A DNA stretch of 64,000 nt. Origin: Oikopleura dioica. Its lineage: Eukaryota > Animalia > Chordata. Position 1 is the first letter of the stretch; every line of letters begins with the position of its first letter. Location of the stretch: assembly GCA_907165135.1 (NCBI GenBank), contig OU015569.1, positions 4,526,001-4,590,000 on the forward strand, written 5' to 3'. The notes under the pieces were generated by a model, which worked only from the letters and a program-made list of their open reading frames with translations, was not told the origin of the DNA and did not search any database. Positions 33,901 to 46,800 of this stretch are shown piece by piece. The translations under genes and the position numbers were made by a program.

Positions 33901-36900
33901 GAGCCCTGGCGACCTCAGAGTTCCTAAACGAGCCCGCATGAACTGATACGATGATTCTAAATATCCTTGGCAGCGTAATGAAGCTTTAAAACGATCTAAA
34001 TCGCGGTTTCAGACATTTAACGAAGAAGATTTTTAAGAAGAAGTACTCGATCAATATTCGTTCTATCTGTGTAGATATAATATCTAACAGATCTGTTCGC
34101 CGGGGTGGCGAAATGCACGACTGCGAGTGGATTCGGATGAGGTTTATCTGAGATATTTTCAAAGCATCTCGCGCACTCAATATTCCACTCTTTAATTTTT
34201 AGTTATTTCCGCGATAAGTTCTCAAGAATTTCGACTTTCAAACGCGCTGCATTTCGCGAAATGTCGCTCGTACTCGACACTTGCTTCTTCCACTGAGCAC
34301 ACATTCAGAACGCTCTTAATAAGGATCAACCCCTTCTTTGGAGCTAGAAATCGGAGTGATCAAGCGTCTTCGAAGGCAAGAAACATACGTAAAAAATGAT
34401 ACGTTGAGGCGTGATGGGAGAGTGTGGCTCAGTCGGTAATTGGCGATTCCGACGGGCGAAAAATGTCGACATGAGGACCCGGAGTCGTTACGGGCTCATT
34501 AGGCATTGTGGAGATAAAATATCCCCGAGCTTTAAACAAACGAACGAAATTATACACTCTATCAGGCATTGGAATTCGCGCTGCCAAACTATTTTCATTG
34601 CCGCAATCAAGTAATCTTCAACAAGGGCACATTCCGACCAGACAATCATTTTCAAAACGAGAACTCTCACAGATTGCTCTTTCGCTTTCCATACTTTCAA
34701 AAACTATGAATTCCAAAGCGCAGCATTTAACTTTTTTATACCTATATTTTCTTTAGTAAAAAGGGGGTCCTATCAACACCTCTTGGAGGTACCGATCGTT
34801 GTTGACACCCTTAATGGATTTTCTGGCCCCAGACTTGACTGTACGTAACAAAATTAAAAAAAAAACCGTTGAAAAATCGCCCCTTCCAAGGAATATATCA
34901 TCTGTTAACAAAGACCTCTAAAAGGTATTTGCCGGTTAAAGTGGGAACCCCTTCTATCTCTGCAAATTTGTTTTCGATGCTTAAGTCTTCTAAGATTCCA
35001 CGAAGAAAGTAATCAAAAAATACCCAAGAGCTATATTTTTCGCCGAAATTATACATTTTCTCTTTGTTCTCGTCAAAATTGCGAATTGTGCGAAAAGGCA
35101 ATTATCAAAATGATGTTTGAATTTTGAATACACATTCTTGCGCGGCAGCGTGGCAATTTTCAAATTTAATTTTTATTCTTGAAGCTGCGCGTTATTTTCT
35201 CAAATAATAAAGGATTATTGTCGACCGGCCGGGCACACACAAGTACAAATTACACCTTCTTCGCGGGGATACTTTAACGACAAAGCCATATCTCTGCCTT
35301 TAACCTCCTCAAACAACTTCGCAAGATTTTGGTCTTCCAAAGGCTTCCACAGAAAGCACCTCTATATTAAATTCTAGCCCACTTTCACATCGTTTTTTAT
35401 TGAACTTTGGACGGACGGTTCTTTTAGAAGGGAAACAAGTTTCGAATGAAGGTGACAACGCTTCCTGATGAAAAAGAGCGCCCCTTCCGATTCAGATAGA
35501 CATTTGTGGTGGAAAGCGATTTATATATATAACCGCGTTGTATACGTTTATATAAATATGATGACCGGTGTTCCTGTTTCCGGATGCGAAGTGTGAGAAT
35601 AAATCAACAAATATTAATGCCGATATACCGCAAAGCTTTCCCTCAGAGCGAATAACAATTCGAAACTTCTAAAGCTTCTAAAACTTTTGACTTTTCTAAT
35701 AAATTTTGAAAAAAAAAGGTTTTTCTTTATATTTTTATGAAAAAAAGCTAGTTGATGTTTTCGCGCCTGCCAAAATTGGAATTGACGGAAGTGGCTTTCT
35801 GGAAATTGGCTTTTGAATAGTCAACGCGGGCGTCTTGAATAAGTAGCTCATGTCAAATAATGATAAAAATGATTTTTGCATTTTCGTAAGGGGATTTGGA
35901 AGGCAAATTCATCTCGATGATGCTTATCGCAAATAAATAGCCAGCCGTAACAAGATAGATCATATTCGACCGCGCCAGAATGCATATAAATATTTTGGCA
36001 GAGCAACGATTTCCGAATAAGGAGACACACGCCAAACAGCCCGTTTTTAATCTCATACTTTTGATATTGGAAAGCAAAGAACTGTCGTGGTGCAACAGGT
36101 GTGTTCCTGAAGAAATGCTTGATATTTAAAGTTTGGTTCTTTTGTTTTGTGCGACAGCGCGCCCTTTAGGAAAAACTCCTACTGATTAAAGTATTGGTGG
36201 TGACCTTCGTAGAATGATGAAAAGATAATAATAATAACAATCGTAAGAAAACGCGGCTGATGAGTTGGACTTGGCGGCGTTCCGATAATGGCGGAGCAGC
36301 TCATAATGACTCCATTGATGGTGCAATAGAAGCCGCCGCTGGTGCCAAATTCAACCTCGAATTCAAATCGTAGCGGTCGGATCTATCACCCGATTAATCT
36401 GCACCTCACACTTCTAAACGACGCGATTCGCTCAACTAAACCATCTTCATCAAATGCTGATTGAAATTATTGCTCTTGAATAGTACTTTTTAAAGATAGT
36501 AGTAAATTAAATTGGTTCGCCCTTCTGTTGACATTCGATAACGGTTTTCCATCCGAGTTACAAATTGGCTTCGATAGAGGAACAATTAGCGTGAGAGGCC
36601 ACAAATGCATTTACCTTATCCAATAATTTCAAACCGGCGAAGAATGCAAACGCGCTAGTTAGCCAGACAAGATCTCTGTGATACAAAAAGGCCAAAACCC
36701 TTGCCACAATTACAATTTATACACACTTCAAACAGCTCGTGTTCTCACTTTTCCTTGGACGGAAAGATTTGCTCTAGAATCGAGTCGCGTTTGGTGCAGC
36801 TCAAAATCAAAGAAAAACACTTAGCCCCGGCTCTAGTTGCTTTGGAAAAATTTAACCTTTGCTCCTTTTTATCACCTAATCCTAGAAAAAAAAGGAGAAG

Positions 36901-39682
36901 AAATCTGCTTGAGATAGAAATCTGTCCTTTTGGGATATTTTATAACTGCTGCTTAGAAGGACGGGAACTCGATATAAAGTTGGAGTCGGCCCCGCTGCGG
37001 TCGAAATCTGAATCTGCATCAGGAAGAGCTGCTCGTATAAAATATCAATCCCAAGAGTCAATTTATTTCGCGCAGCGCTGTAATCGACGGCCAGAGTCGA
37101 TTTGTCTTGCTTTTTCCGTTATCTACGTTTTATTTAGGGAGGAACACATCTTAGCTCTCAGCAGAGATGTATAAAAACGCCTTCTGTGTTTTTTGAAGAT
37201 GAGTTTCGATTAGATATTCGAGCTGTAATTGTTTATTTCGCTGTAATTGCAGGGCGGGTCAAGTTTGACATGCATGAGTAGAATTGTATTTGGAAAATCG
37301 AAGTTTGCGAATTGTGGAGCAAAGAAGACGCCGCCCCTCTTCAAGTGGCAATTATTCGAATTGCAAGTTGGCCATTATCGATGTGGCGGGGTTGATCTCG
37401 GCGCTACTCCTCGAGTGCCACAATTAGCGGAATGTGACACTGCAACTGTGAAAATGTAAATTCATTTGAAAGGCGGAGAAAGCCGATTGCTGATAATTGA
37501 GAGCGCATTCCGACTGATGACCCGAAATTCTAGCGCCGCAAATTATTACCTGAGAAAACGCTTAATAAAAACTACGCTAATTAAAAACATCTTACCTCTT
37601 TTTTTCAGTGCCCCTTCAAAACGAGCTGCGCAGAACTCTCTTCTTCGTCAAGTTAGCTCGTAATAAAGCCTGAGATCATTTTTTCCTCGATTTTCATAAC
37701 GATCTTGAGCAAGTTTGGTTACTTCCGGGGCTGATTGAAGTCGCCACCGAGAGTGACAGTAGCGACTTGTAGTAGTGTAAGCTGTTGTATAGTTTTTCCC
37801 ACGCGTTTACAAATGTCACTTTTGAAATGCGCAGTTTGATTCTGCCGTCCGAGAATACGACAATGATCTGATGTCTCTACCAGATTAGAACTGGCCAGTC
37901 CCCTGCCAATTCAAACTAAAAGACTAGGCTTCAGATTTCCTTTGCGATGAAGAAATGAATGAGAAATCTGTTCTTTTCAACTTGTAAAAAAATGGTCGAC
38001 ATTCAAAAAATTCAAAAAGAAAAAAGTAAGATGTTGTCGATCATCGCTTCCAATTTGTTCATTTCCGAGAAAATTATAATTTGGAAGTTGGTGCTTTGAT
38101 TCGCGAAATTAGGACCCTTGACATTGGGTTAAAGGATATCTTTGAAATTAGCGGCCGATAAGCGCCCATTTGAAGATTTAATCCCGAGTGACATTTCCGC
38201 CACTTCTGGAGACATTCTACATCTAACTTACAGTAAAGCGCATAAACATATAAATTGCGTGTTCGTTCTAAAACCGCTCTAGAATGGCAAAGGCCTCGCT
38301 GTGCATTCGGCAGCGGCAAATCGCTTTTAATTTTATTTTGGAAAATATATTTTGTTTGAAAGGTCGATGTAAACGAGAGTGTTCTAGAGCTGGCGTCTGG
38401 AATTCGGCAGGGTACGCCTTAACCCGCTGCCGACCTTATCACGCACAATCAAACAAATATCCAGCAACAAGTTAATCGTCTGAGACTCACAAATCAGAGA
38501 CAATATACAAATACGGCGGCGGAGAACTGCCTTTAGAACTTTGCCGCGCGAAAAACAATTCCGCCTGACGCAATCCGCGAATTTGCATCCCCAGATTGTC
38601 GCGCCAGCCATTTTTACGACAACAACGATTTTTTGCAAAACCTTCGCTTCTCAGCCTTCTTTCAGAAACTGTGTTTTCTCCAAGAGAAAATGTAGTCTTT
38701 GGACAGTTCATAATAGAAAATAGATTGATCGGTCTTTAAACTTGTTGATGTTTTGTAACTGCGGGCTGACTATTTACTAAATTTGTTGGATAAAGACCCC
38801 CTGTGCGGTTTAACATTTTCCTCTCAGAAAGTAATCAAACGCGATCAAATTAAGGTCAAGGCAATATTGCAATAGTCATTTATCTTTATTAATAACGGCC
38901 TTTATTGAAAGAAAAGTTTTTTCGGCTCTCCAGAGAGCCCTAAACCATATCTTTAAATGAATCTGAAAGGTCTGTCTTACTGAACAATGCTTTTATCCAC
39001 ACTCTTTGCAGTCAAAACCTAAAAGACAATTTTGACATATTTGGCTTGAAATTAGTGTAAATCTTCTTTCAGGAATCACTATTTCGGTGCCATTTACGGA
39101 GTTCTATTCCTTGAAAAGAGCGTTCAAGAGCGTCCAGGATGCCCTGGAGAAGAAATTAAAAGTGTCAGTGGGAATTTCCAATTCGGATGGTGTGATGTGC
39201 AGCACACGTCACATGTGTCACTTTTTGGAATAATTAAAACTGTATAAAACGAGATTTGCGCCGCAGACAGCGAATTCAAAACAATCGACATCCGGAGTCG
39301 CATCCCCTGACCCTGCAACTAACCCGTTTTAAATTTTGTTGCCGAAATGTTGACACCCTTAAGCGATTTCGCTTCTTGTAAGAGGAGTAGGGATAGTGTT
39401 ATCGTTTCACCTGCCATTCATCAAAAAAGAATTACGATAAGCGGTGGATATATGATTCCAATATAATATGCATATAATTGTATGCGATCGACGTAATTGT
39501 ACATTATGCATTGGACTGGGTGTCGAATTCGATCTTTTGCGAGGTGAAATCAAAAACCGCCCCTTGCGAGCACTTTCAAGACCCAGCTCCAAATATTGCT
39601 TCATTCTACTTGCTCAAGAATAATTCCAAAAATGAGCGAACAAAAGTACCAATTTATCGCGCACTTCTTATTTTTATTCCAG

Positions 39683-40188
39683 CACCCTTCTGAATGGTCG
39701 GAAAAAATATAAATTTTCAATTTTGACAAAAATTTCAACTTGGGAATAAATCATTATCTTGACCGTTTTTGTCATCGTCGAAACTCTAGAGAACACCTGG
39801 AAAAAACTTTTTTTCATAGCCTGGGGCGATTCTGAGGCCATTTTCATGAATTTTCTACGAACTGCCATATCTCACGTGACAGATGATGAAATCACGTGAT
39901 TGATATATTTTTAGAAAGCTCAGCTTCTGAGGATTGGGGGAAAGAAAAGAAATTTGAAAAAAATCGATTCTGAATGACGAAAATTAATATTTTAATTTTT
40001 TGGCCAATCAGCAAAAACCGATTTTTCGGAAAAATTTTTGCTTTCCCCCAATCCTCAGAATCTGAGCTTTCCATTGATACTTGGATCATCTGGTTTCAAA
40101 GAGTATCACGTGAGTTATGGCTGTTCGAAGGCCGAAAATTTATATTTTTTCCGGCCAATGCAAAAATCTTCTTGGAATTCGAGAGGTG
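39683..40188. mobile_element. Degenerate foldback/MITE-like element with nested inverted repeats
   Basis: gaaagctcagcttctgaggattgggggaaag (39914-39944) matches the reverse complement of 40041-40071 at 30/31 nt. ggaaaaaatataaattttc (~39700-39718) is inverted at ~40134-40152; cacc...ggtg ends. No clear TSD. Confidence 0.6.
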
Positions 40189-43100
40189 TTAGTTTTTTTT
40201 TGTAAAATCGCATTTGAAGAGATTTACCGCTAGAAGGTACTTGATCACGTGGTGATATTAGCCGATGTATCCACTTGCGAATGCAGCTAATAACGTTAAA
40301 CGATTTAGAAAGGGCGCGGCCAAACGAGCCTTTAATTGAGTGACAGATCCGACCGCCAAATCACAAAGTTTTCCAATCACTCTTGAATTATACATTTCAG
40401 CCCTTTCAAAAACGCACTTGCTCTTTCAATTCAAATACAAAACCCGTCCTTAGATTTTCAATTTAAATTGTCCGGACACAACGGAGTGAGACAAACCAGA
40501 TTTTTTCTTGCAAAAAAGAGCGGTGAAAATCGACAGAATGATCAGGGTTAGGGATGTGCAGCCACAATAATTCGACTTGGAGTAAATTCGGTGCGGGAAG
40601 GGACAAAGAGCAAGTTATTTGAAGAAGGCATAGCTCGATGAAATAAGCAAAGATATTAGCGCACGTGATTCGACATATGCACATGTCTCGCGTTTGAGAC
40701 TACTATGCAAGGAATTTTAAGATTAATCAATTTATCGCAAGTACTAATTAAAATACCAGATCGGCGCATAATTTAAAAGTCCAGTTCTACTCTCTTTCTC
40801 TCTTGCCTTCTTGCCTTTTTCTGTATTAACTCTTCCGAACAGTTTGGTCAGATAAAGTTCGATTGAGTAATTGTGCGTTACAGTTTCGGAAATACAGCGT
40901 TGTTTTCGGGTGGATTGACGGGTTGTTTGTCAGCGGCTGGTCTAGCCGTAAGGGTGGAGCAGTTTCGATTTATTCAAAATATAAAACGAATGTAAATAAC
41001 GCTGTCAAGCTGTCGAATGCGATGTTACATCGGCGCGGTTACATGTACGCTAGAAATGAAAATTGAGAGAGTGACACTTATTTAGATATTGCCCAGAGTA
41101 TTAGAACGGATCTCCGCCGCCCAACACCAGAAATGGCACTAAGATCGGATTATACACCCGCCTCCAAGAGCAGCTAAGTAGTAAACTTGCCAATTGCAAT
41201 TGACGATTAGAGTTTATTCGATTACGAGCGCCCTTGCTCCGTGACCCTTTGGCATTGAATGGGAATCACAATCACCCGCGAGTGATAATTGATGATACAA
41301 TTATTTCTTTCAAATTTAATTGTCTCGCTTTTGACGATTCCTTCTGGCGCTTTCAATTTTCGATAATGAGCAAATTTCGCAACTAACTGCGCCGCAATCA
41401 ATACTGCATCACCCGCTTCTATTCAATCAGCAATAATAATGACACCGATTTGTTAAATAATAGGTTTCTTTGCTTCTTCGTAATTCGTAATTTCTAGTGT
41501 AATTTCAATTAACTTCGTTCTTTGAGGCTGCCAATGAGCGGAATCTGCCCTTGCAGATTAGAAGTTGGAAAGCAACAGTAGCTACAGTACTTTGTAGGAC
41601 ATTAGAGGGGTTAATAAGTCGCTAGCGACTATGCAAATGCATATTAACACTCTCTGTTTAGTTTGCCCGTCATATCTTCATGTAAGATCAATAATTTCTG
41701 CTTGAATTATCGATGCACATCTCCACCCTGGGCAAGGCAAGTTTGAAACTTACTAAGTATCAATCATTCAATTTTTCAAGATCTACATATATTTTGGACT
41801 GCGCCCGATCGCCGGCTGTACACCCCACCGATAATTGCTTCAGAATTGCTAACAACAGATTTCATACGCCAAATTATCGACACCCCATTTCGATTGAATG
41901 GAAACAAAAACTCAAAAATTAAAAGGCCTCTTTCTCCAAAAATTTTGAATTGGAACAATGCAGTTGATAAAACTACTCGAAAATCAAACCCAGCATTCAA
42001 GCGATTATGAGCAACTTTTTCCTTGATTAAAAATACCAGAAAGTACCATAATCAGCAAATAAAAAGAGTCAGTTTTCGGCTTGCGAAAGATGTGTTAATG
42101 CTTTCGGATGGGTTAAACTGCTCTTAAATGGCTAATAAAAGGTACATTCGTGATTGTCGATGGGATTGACCCCGCGTTCGAAATATAAAGCCCGTAAAGT
42201 GGCCACCTGCGAAATAGGCTGCTTTGAAATTCTTAATTATTATTTACTTATCATAATCACGAAATTATTGAAGAATAGTTGGGAATTAATTTTATGACTT
42301 ATGACAGTGTTGGCATTTGATGGATGGGTAATAAGCATGTTTGATTGTGGGAGAATGATTTGGATAATGACTGTTTGATTCTCCTATTAACCTTTCAGCG
42401 TCCTCCGAGTCACAAAGGAGCCACGTCCGGCCAGCCAGAATTACCAAGTTACGACCTACAAACGTAAATCGGACCTGGAGGAAATTATAATCCATTTACG
42501 GCTGATCGAATAAACGCACATCAAAAGCTGATGAAAAGGTTGTTTTGAAACGTGCTGCGCGGGGTTTGTTTGTCCCTTGTTTGTGGAGCTGGAAAAGTAA
42601 CGGGCTCCTTTGAAGAGTCACAATGGAGTTATATGGCTATGTCCGGGAATGGGATTATTGATTAAATCGCACTGTAGCTCTTTTGTCGCCCTGCCTTGGT
42701 ACCCCGGCCGCCGATGATCGGCCCCTCATGCAGAACCGCAATCACTCGTCATCTTTTCACGCTTTGCTAATTCGCGGACAGTCCGATTTCGCGAATTTTC
42801 TTCCGCCCGGAAGTGATTAACCCGATTCTAATCCTCCTTATCTCGACTCTGATTGTTCCTGTATTGTGCATTCGATCCATCTCTCCAAGAAAGTACAATT
42901 TCTTATATCTGTTCAATAGAATTGACTGCGCTATCGATAGTGCTTTTATTTTCGCATCAGAAGTTTTCCTCTTTCGCTTGCTTTGAATCTGTAATTGCCA
43001 GAAATTGGCTAATAACATTGCGGATAGCCCTTAGAACGGAGAGAACAAGAAGGCGTTCTGAATTTACCAAAATGTTGGAATTTATGATTGGTATAGGCAA

Positions 43101-43819
43101 TTTGCGGGTGGGGCAGTGTGGTTGCGCTTTGCTCCTGCTCAAGATCAGCCATAATTCGATTGAATGCGATCACTCCAAATGCCATAAATAATGAAATTTC
43201 TGCTTTCACTGCGATTCACTTTCAATTCGGGAGAGAGCTCTATTTTTGTTGATTTTTCTTTATTTGAGTAATCGTTTTAAATACTAATCTGTACAACTAT
43301 ATTGGCATGGGAAAAGGCCGATTGTGCTTGTAGTGTCTATTTGAATATGAAAAGGGCGAGTTTAACCGGTTGAGCCTGTAGGACAGTAGGGTCGATTTCA
43401 TCACGCTTAGAAGTAACCAAAAGAAGCAGGTATATAATTAGAAAACAGTATATTTGAAAGATGTACAGTTGGCGCACACACGCAGCTAGAAAAAAAAATA
43501 GAGAAGTGTTTCGTTTCGAGTCTATATACAGTCAGAATGGAGGAGATAGGTACTTGTTCAAACTTAGCCAGCATTACACGTGCTTCTCGGGTTCTCCTCG
43601 GATCAGTGTACTACTGGCGAGCATTGTGATAGTATTGAAGTGTGTACGTGTGCACTGCGCAAATGTTCAAAGTGTAAGGAATTGCACGAGAGTTTTTTAT
43701 CAAAAAAGCTTGAAGAATTTCAGGCCAGCAGATCGGTCTTCCGTTCGCGACGGTACTGCTTCACGTGAATTTTTATAACTTGTTAAGTTAACCCTCGGGG
43801 AGCTGCTGGAGCTCGACAT

Positions 43820-46800
43820 CTACTGCGGCGACTTTGGCATGACGGTAGTGATCTGCTCGTCGGCGGCATCCGCAGCAACCGGGCTTTGTACTTTTTCGCT
43901 TTGCTCGGGCGTGTGGCTCTTCTTGGCTTCGAGGTAGGTCTCCTCCATTTTGGCGAAAAGAGTGCCTTCGTAGACGACGCCATTCACGCAGATCGACATG
44001 TTGATGGAGCCAGGGTTCTCATCGTCGTCGGGGTCGCCCTCTGCTACATCGAGTTTCGCGTCCATATTTGCGCTGAGACCTGGGAACAGACGTCCAAGGG
44101 CCGCGGCAGTGACGGCGGAGAGCGGGTTAGAGGACGACGTAGAAGGCATGGCAGTTGGCGTGGGCTTAGCTGTATCGCTGCTTGTCGTAATCTGCGTTGA
44201 GGCGACAGCGGCGGCAGCGTTGGCCTCGGCGTTACGCTGGGCGAGGGCGGCGAGGGGAGAGTTCAGGGGGAACTTGGGCGTTTCCAAGGCAGCGCTGGCA
44301 GGAGGAGAAGAGGTCGACGGGTTAGAGGCAGCGGACTGGGCAGCAGCAGCGGCGGCGAAGCCGGGCAAGTTGGCTGGATTGAAACCGGGGAGGCCGGGAA
44401 TAGCACTCGACGTCGGCGGTGGTAAAAGTCGGAGAGTTTTCGGAAGGGGAGACTCGCACTCGTCGTTCTCGCGCTCCCGTTTGACCGGCGAGCCAGCGCG
44501 TCCTTGCACAAGTTGTTGGACTGCTTTCGATTGTGCGGCCGCCTAAATCACTTTTGTTAGGCTTGATCTTTATCACGTGATGCGGGAATAAACAATCATC
44601 CTTGTGTGTATTGAGATTGATCCTACAATTACTCTAACTTAGGGCCTAAAGGATTCCTCCCTCCTAAGCCGCATTAATCTGGTCGGAGCTAATACCGTGC
44701 TCGCCATCTTATCCGGATCGAACAAAACAGTCAATATATCTTTATCGACTAAACTAAGCTAAGCAGATCGTAGAACTTTTTATCACTAACAAGGCGAAGT
44801 CAAAATTGTTAATACAGAGATCTTTCTTGAAATCTCGAAATCTTCTATTTCAATTAAGGCTCTCACTATGTTTATTTGTGTAGATAGATTCAAAGAAAAA
44901 TTTTGAGTTTGCTGTTCCTACCTTAGCATGGTTCTGCATTGCCTCCAGAGCGACCATTGCTGCCATGTGCTGTGCGTTTGCTGCTTGAAGAAGTTGCTGC
45001 TGTTGATTGGAGATAAATCTCTCTTCAGGTCGAATAGGTGGCACTAAAAAGTTCGTTACGTGCTGCTCGGGATCACAACTTTCTACACCTTCTGGGTTCA
45101 TATTTTACGTGCTCTTTTTCGAAGTTAAAAAATCACTATCGCGAAACTAAGGGCGCGGAAGGGAGCTCGCGTTACCGGGCTCAATTGGCTCAAACTGTTC
45201 ACCGACGGCTCACCGACGGGCATAACGCGCCTTCTAGCTTTTGAGCGATTTGAACGCTGCATCAAGAGCCGCAATTTAAATCATTTAATCACAAGAAGCT
45301 GCAAGACTTACTTCCTCCGGGGAGTCCTAGTCGAGGTGGCATTCCAGCGCCAGGCATGTTTCCAAAGGGATGCATGTTGGGCACTCCTTCAGGGAAGCCA
45401 TAAGGATTGCCGTAGCTAGGTCGGCGGCCTTCGCGTCGGTTGCCGTCAATCGCTGCTTGAAGCTCGCCAGGTGAGGACAATTTTTCTTTCTCACATTCGT
45501 ACGGGTAAAGGTATTTCATGTACCTAAAAATCGTTATTATCTTGCTCCGAGCTGCCAAGAAGGTATTTCAATTCAAGCGCTGTTGTCACTTACTGTGTTC
45601 GGAGGGTGAAAGCCGCGGAGGTGATCGAGCTGGGCAAGTTGAGTCCCTTGGTGATTTCGCGCCAGATCTTCTTGTTGATGACTTCGACGAGGCCTCCCCG
45701 CTCAACAACGAGCTTGTACAGTCGGTAGAGATCGAGTACTTGCTTCGCCATTATGGGGATTCTGCTCACTGGCGTGCCTAAAGAACCATTAAGAACTTTG
45801 CTTATGATAAGCCGCGGGGACAATAATTAAAGCTAAACTATTCCAGATTTGAGTCACGCTTAGCATAAATATTTAGGCATAGCGAATTTCCGCCGCGAAA
45901 TCATCGGTTTAATAAGAGAAAAGAAGATCTTAATTAGCAAAATGGATTAAAACATTTGGGCCTTGGGAGAAGCGGAAAGAGAAAAAAACGAATCCAATTT
46001 TCACGGGCGCCGGAAATGCACCTGCCAACGTGTTAAATCGCCGCGGAATTAAGGGAGGGACGGACACTTACCTCGCTTCTGCATGTAGGTGAAGAGGTCG
46101 TCGAGGAATTCTTTGCGGCCGGGTTCGTCGTCGATTTCGTAAAGCTGAAAGGAAGAATTAACAAGACGCAAAAGGTGAGCTTCGCTTTTCCTGGCAATGG
46201 TCGGGCCCCTGTGGACATATTATCAATTCTTCAATTATGCAAGTAATTAAAATAAAAAAGTGATATAAATTATTTCGCGCCAATCCCAAATTGCTAATTT
46301 TCAGTGATAAATAATTGATTGATGAAAGCAATTTATATTCATTATCGAACAAGTTAGCGCGGCGCCCAGGCTTTCTCCTCCTTTTTTATATCAATGCGTG
46401 CCTCATTCAATTAGTATTAATCAGCCATTCATAAAAAATGCGATGACTGCGAGGAATCAAAAATTTTGCTTTCAAAAAAAATGATCTGCCAAAAGGGTAT
46501 CTTCTCAATTTTGGATTTGCAAAAAATAGAGTTGGAAATTCGGAGCGACATTCTTTCGCAGAAAGGCTTCTTCTTGTGGCTGTGAAGTATGCATATCATC
46601 GATATCAATTTAAAGTTTTTGATCATTATATTTAAAATTGTGGCCGAAATGCTGTGGTCTAGGCGCGAGAGGTACTTTTGATGGCGCCGCCCGCAATTAT
46701 TCGGCTTTATTTCAGACTCTCCTCTCGCCCGTGCAAGAAGTGGCGCCTTAATTAGGGTACCCTTAGCAGACTTGTATCACGTGTTCCTGCCTCTTTAATT

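Larger units (their letters stand above)
27250..43780. other. ~16.5-kb stretch without a recognisable protein-coding gene, downstream of ARID3
   Basis: Only short ORFs with no motifs and no convincing exon chains found by eye; contrasts with ~15 genes in the first 26 kb. Confidence 0.55.
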
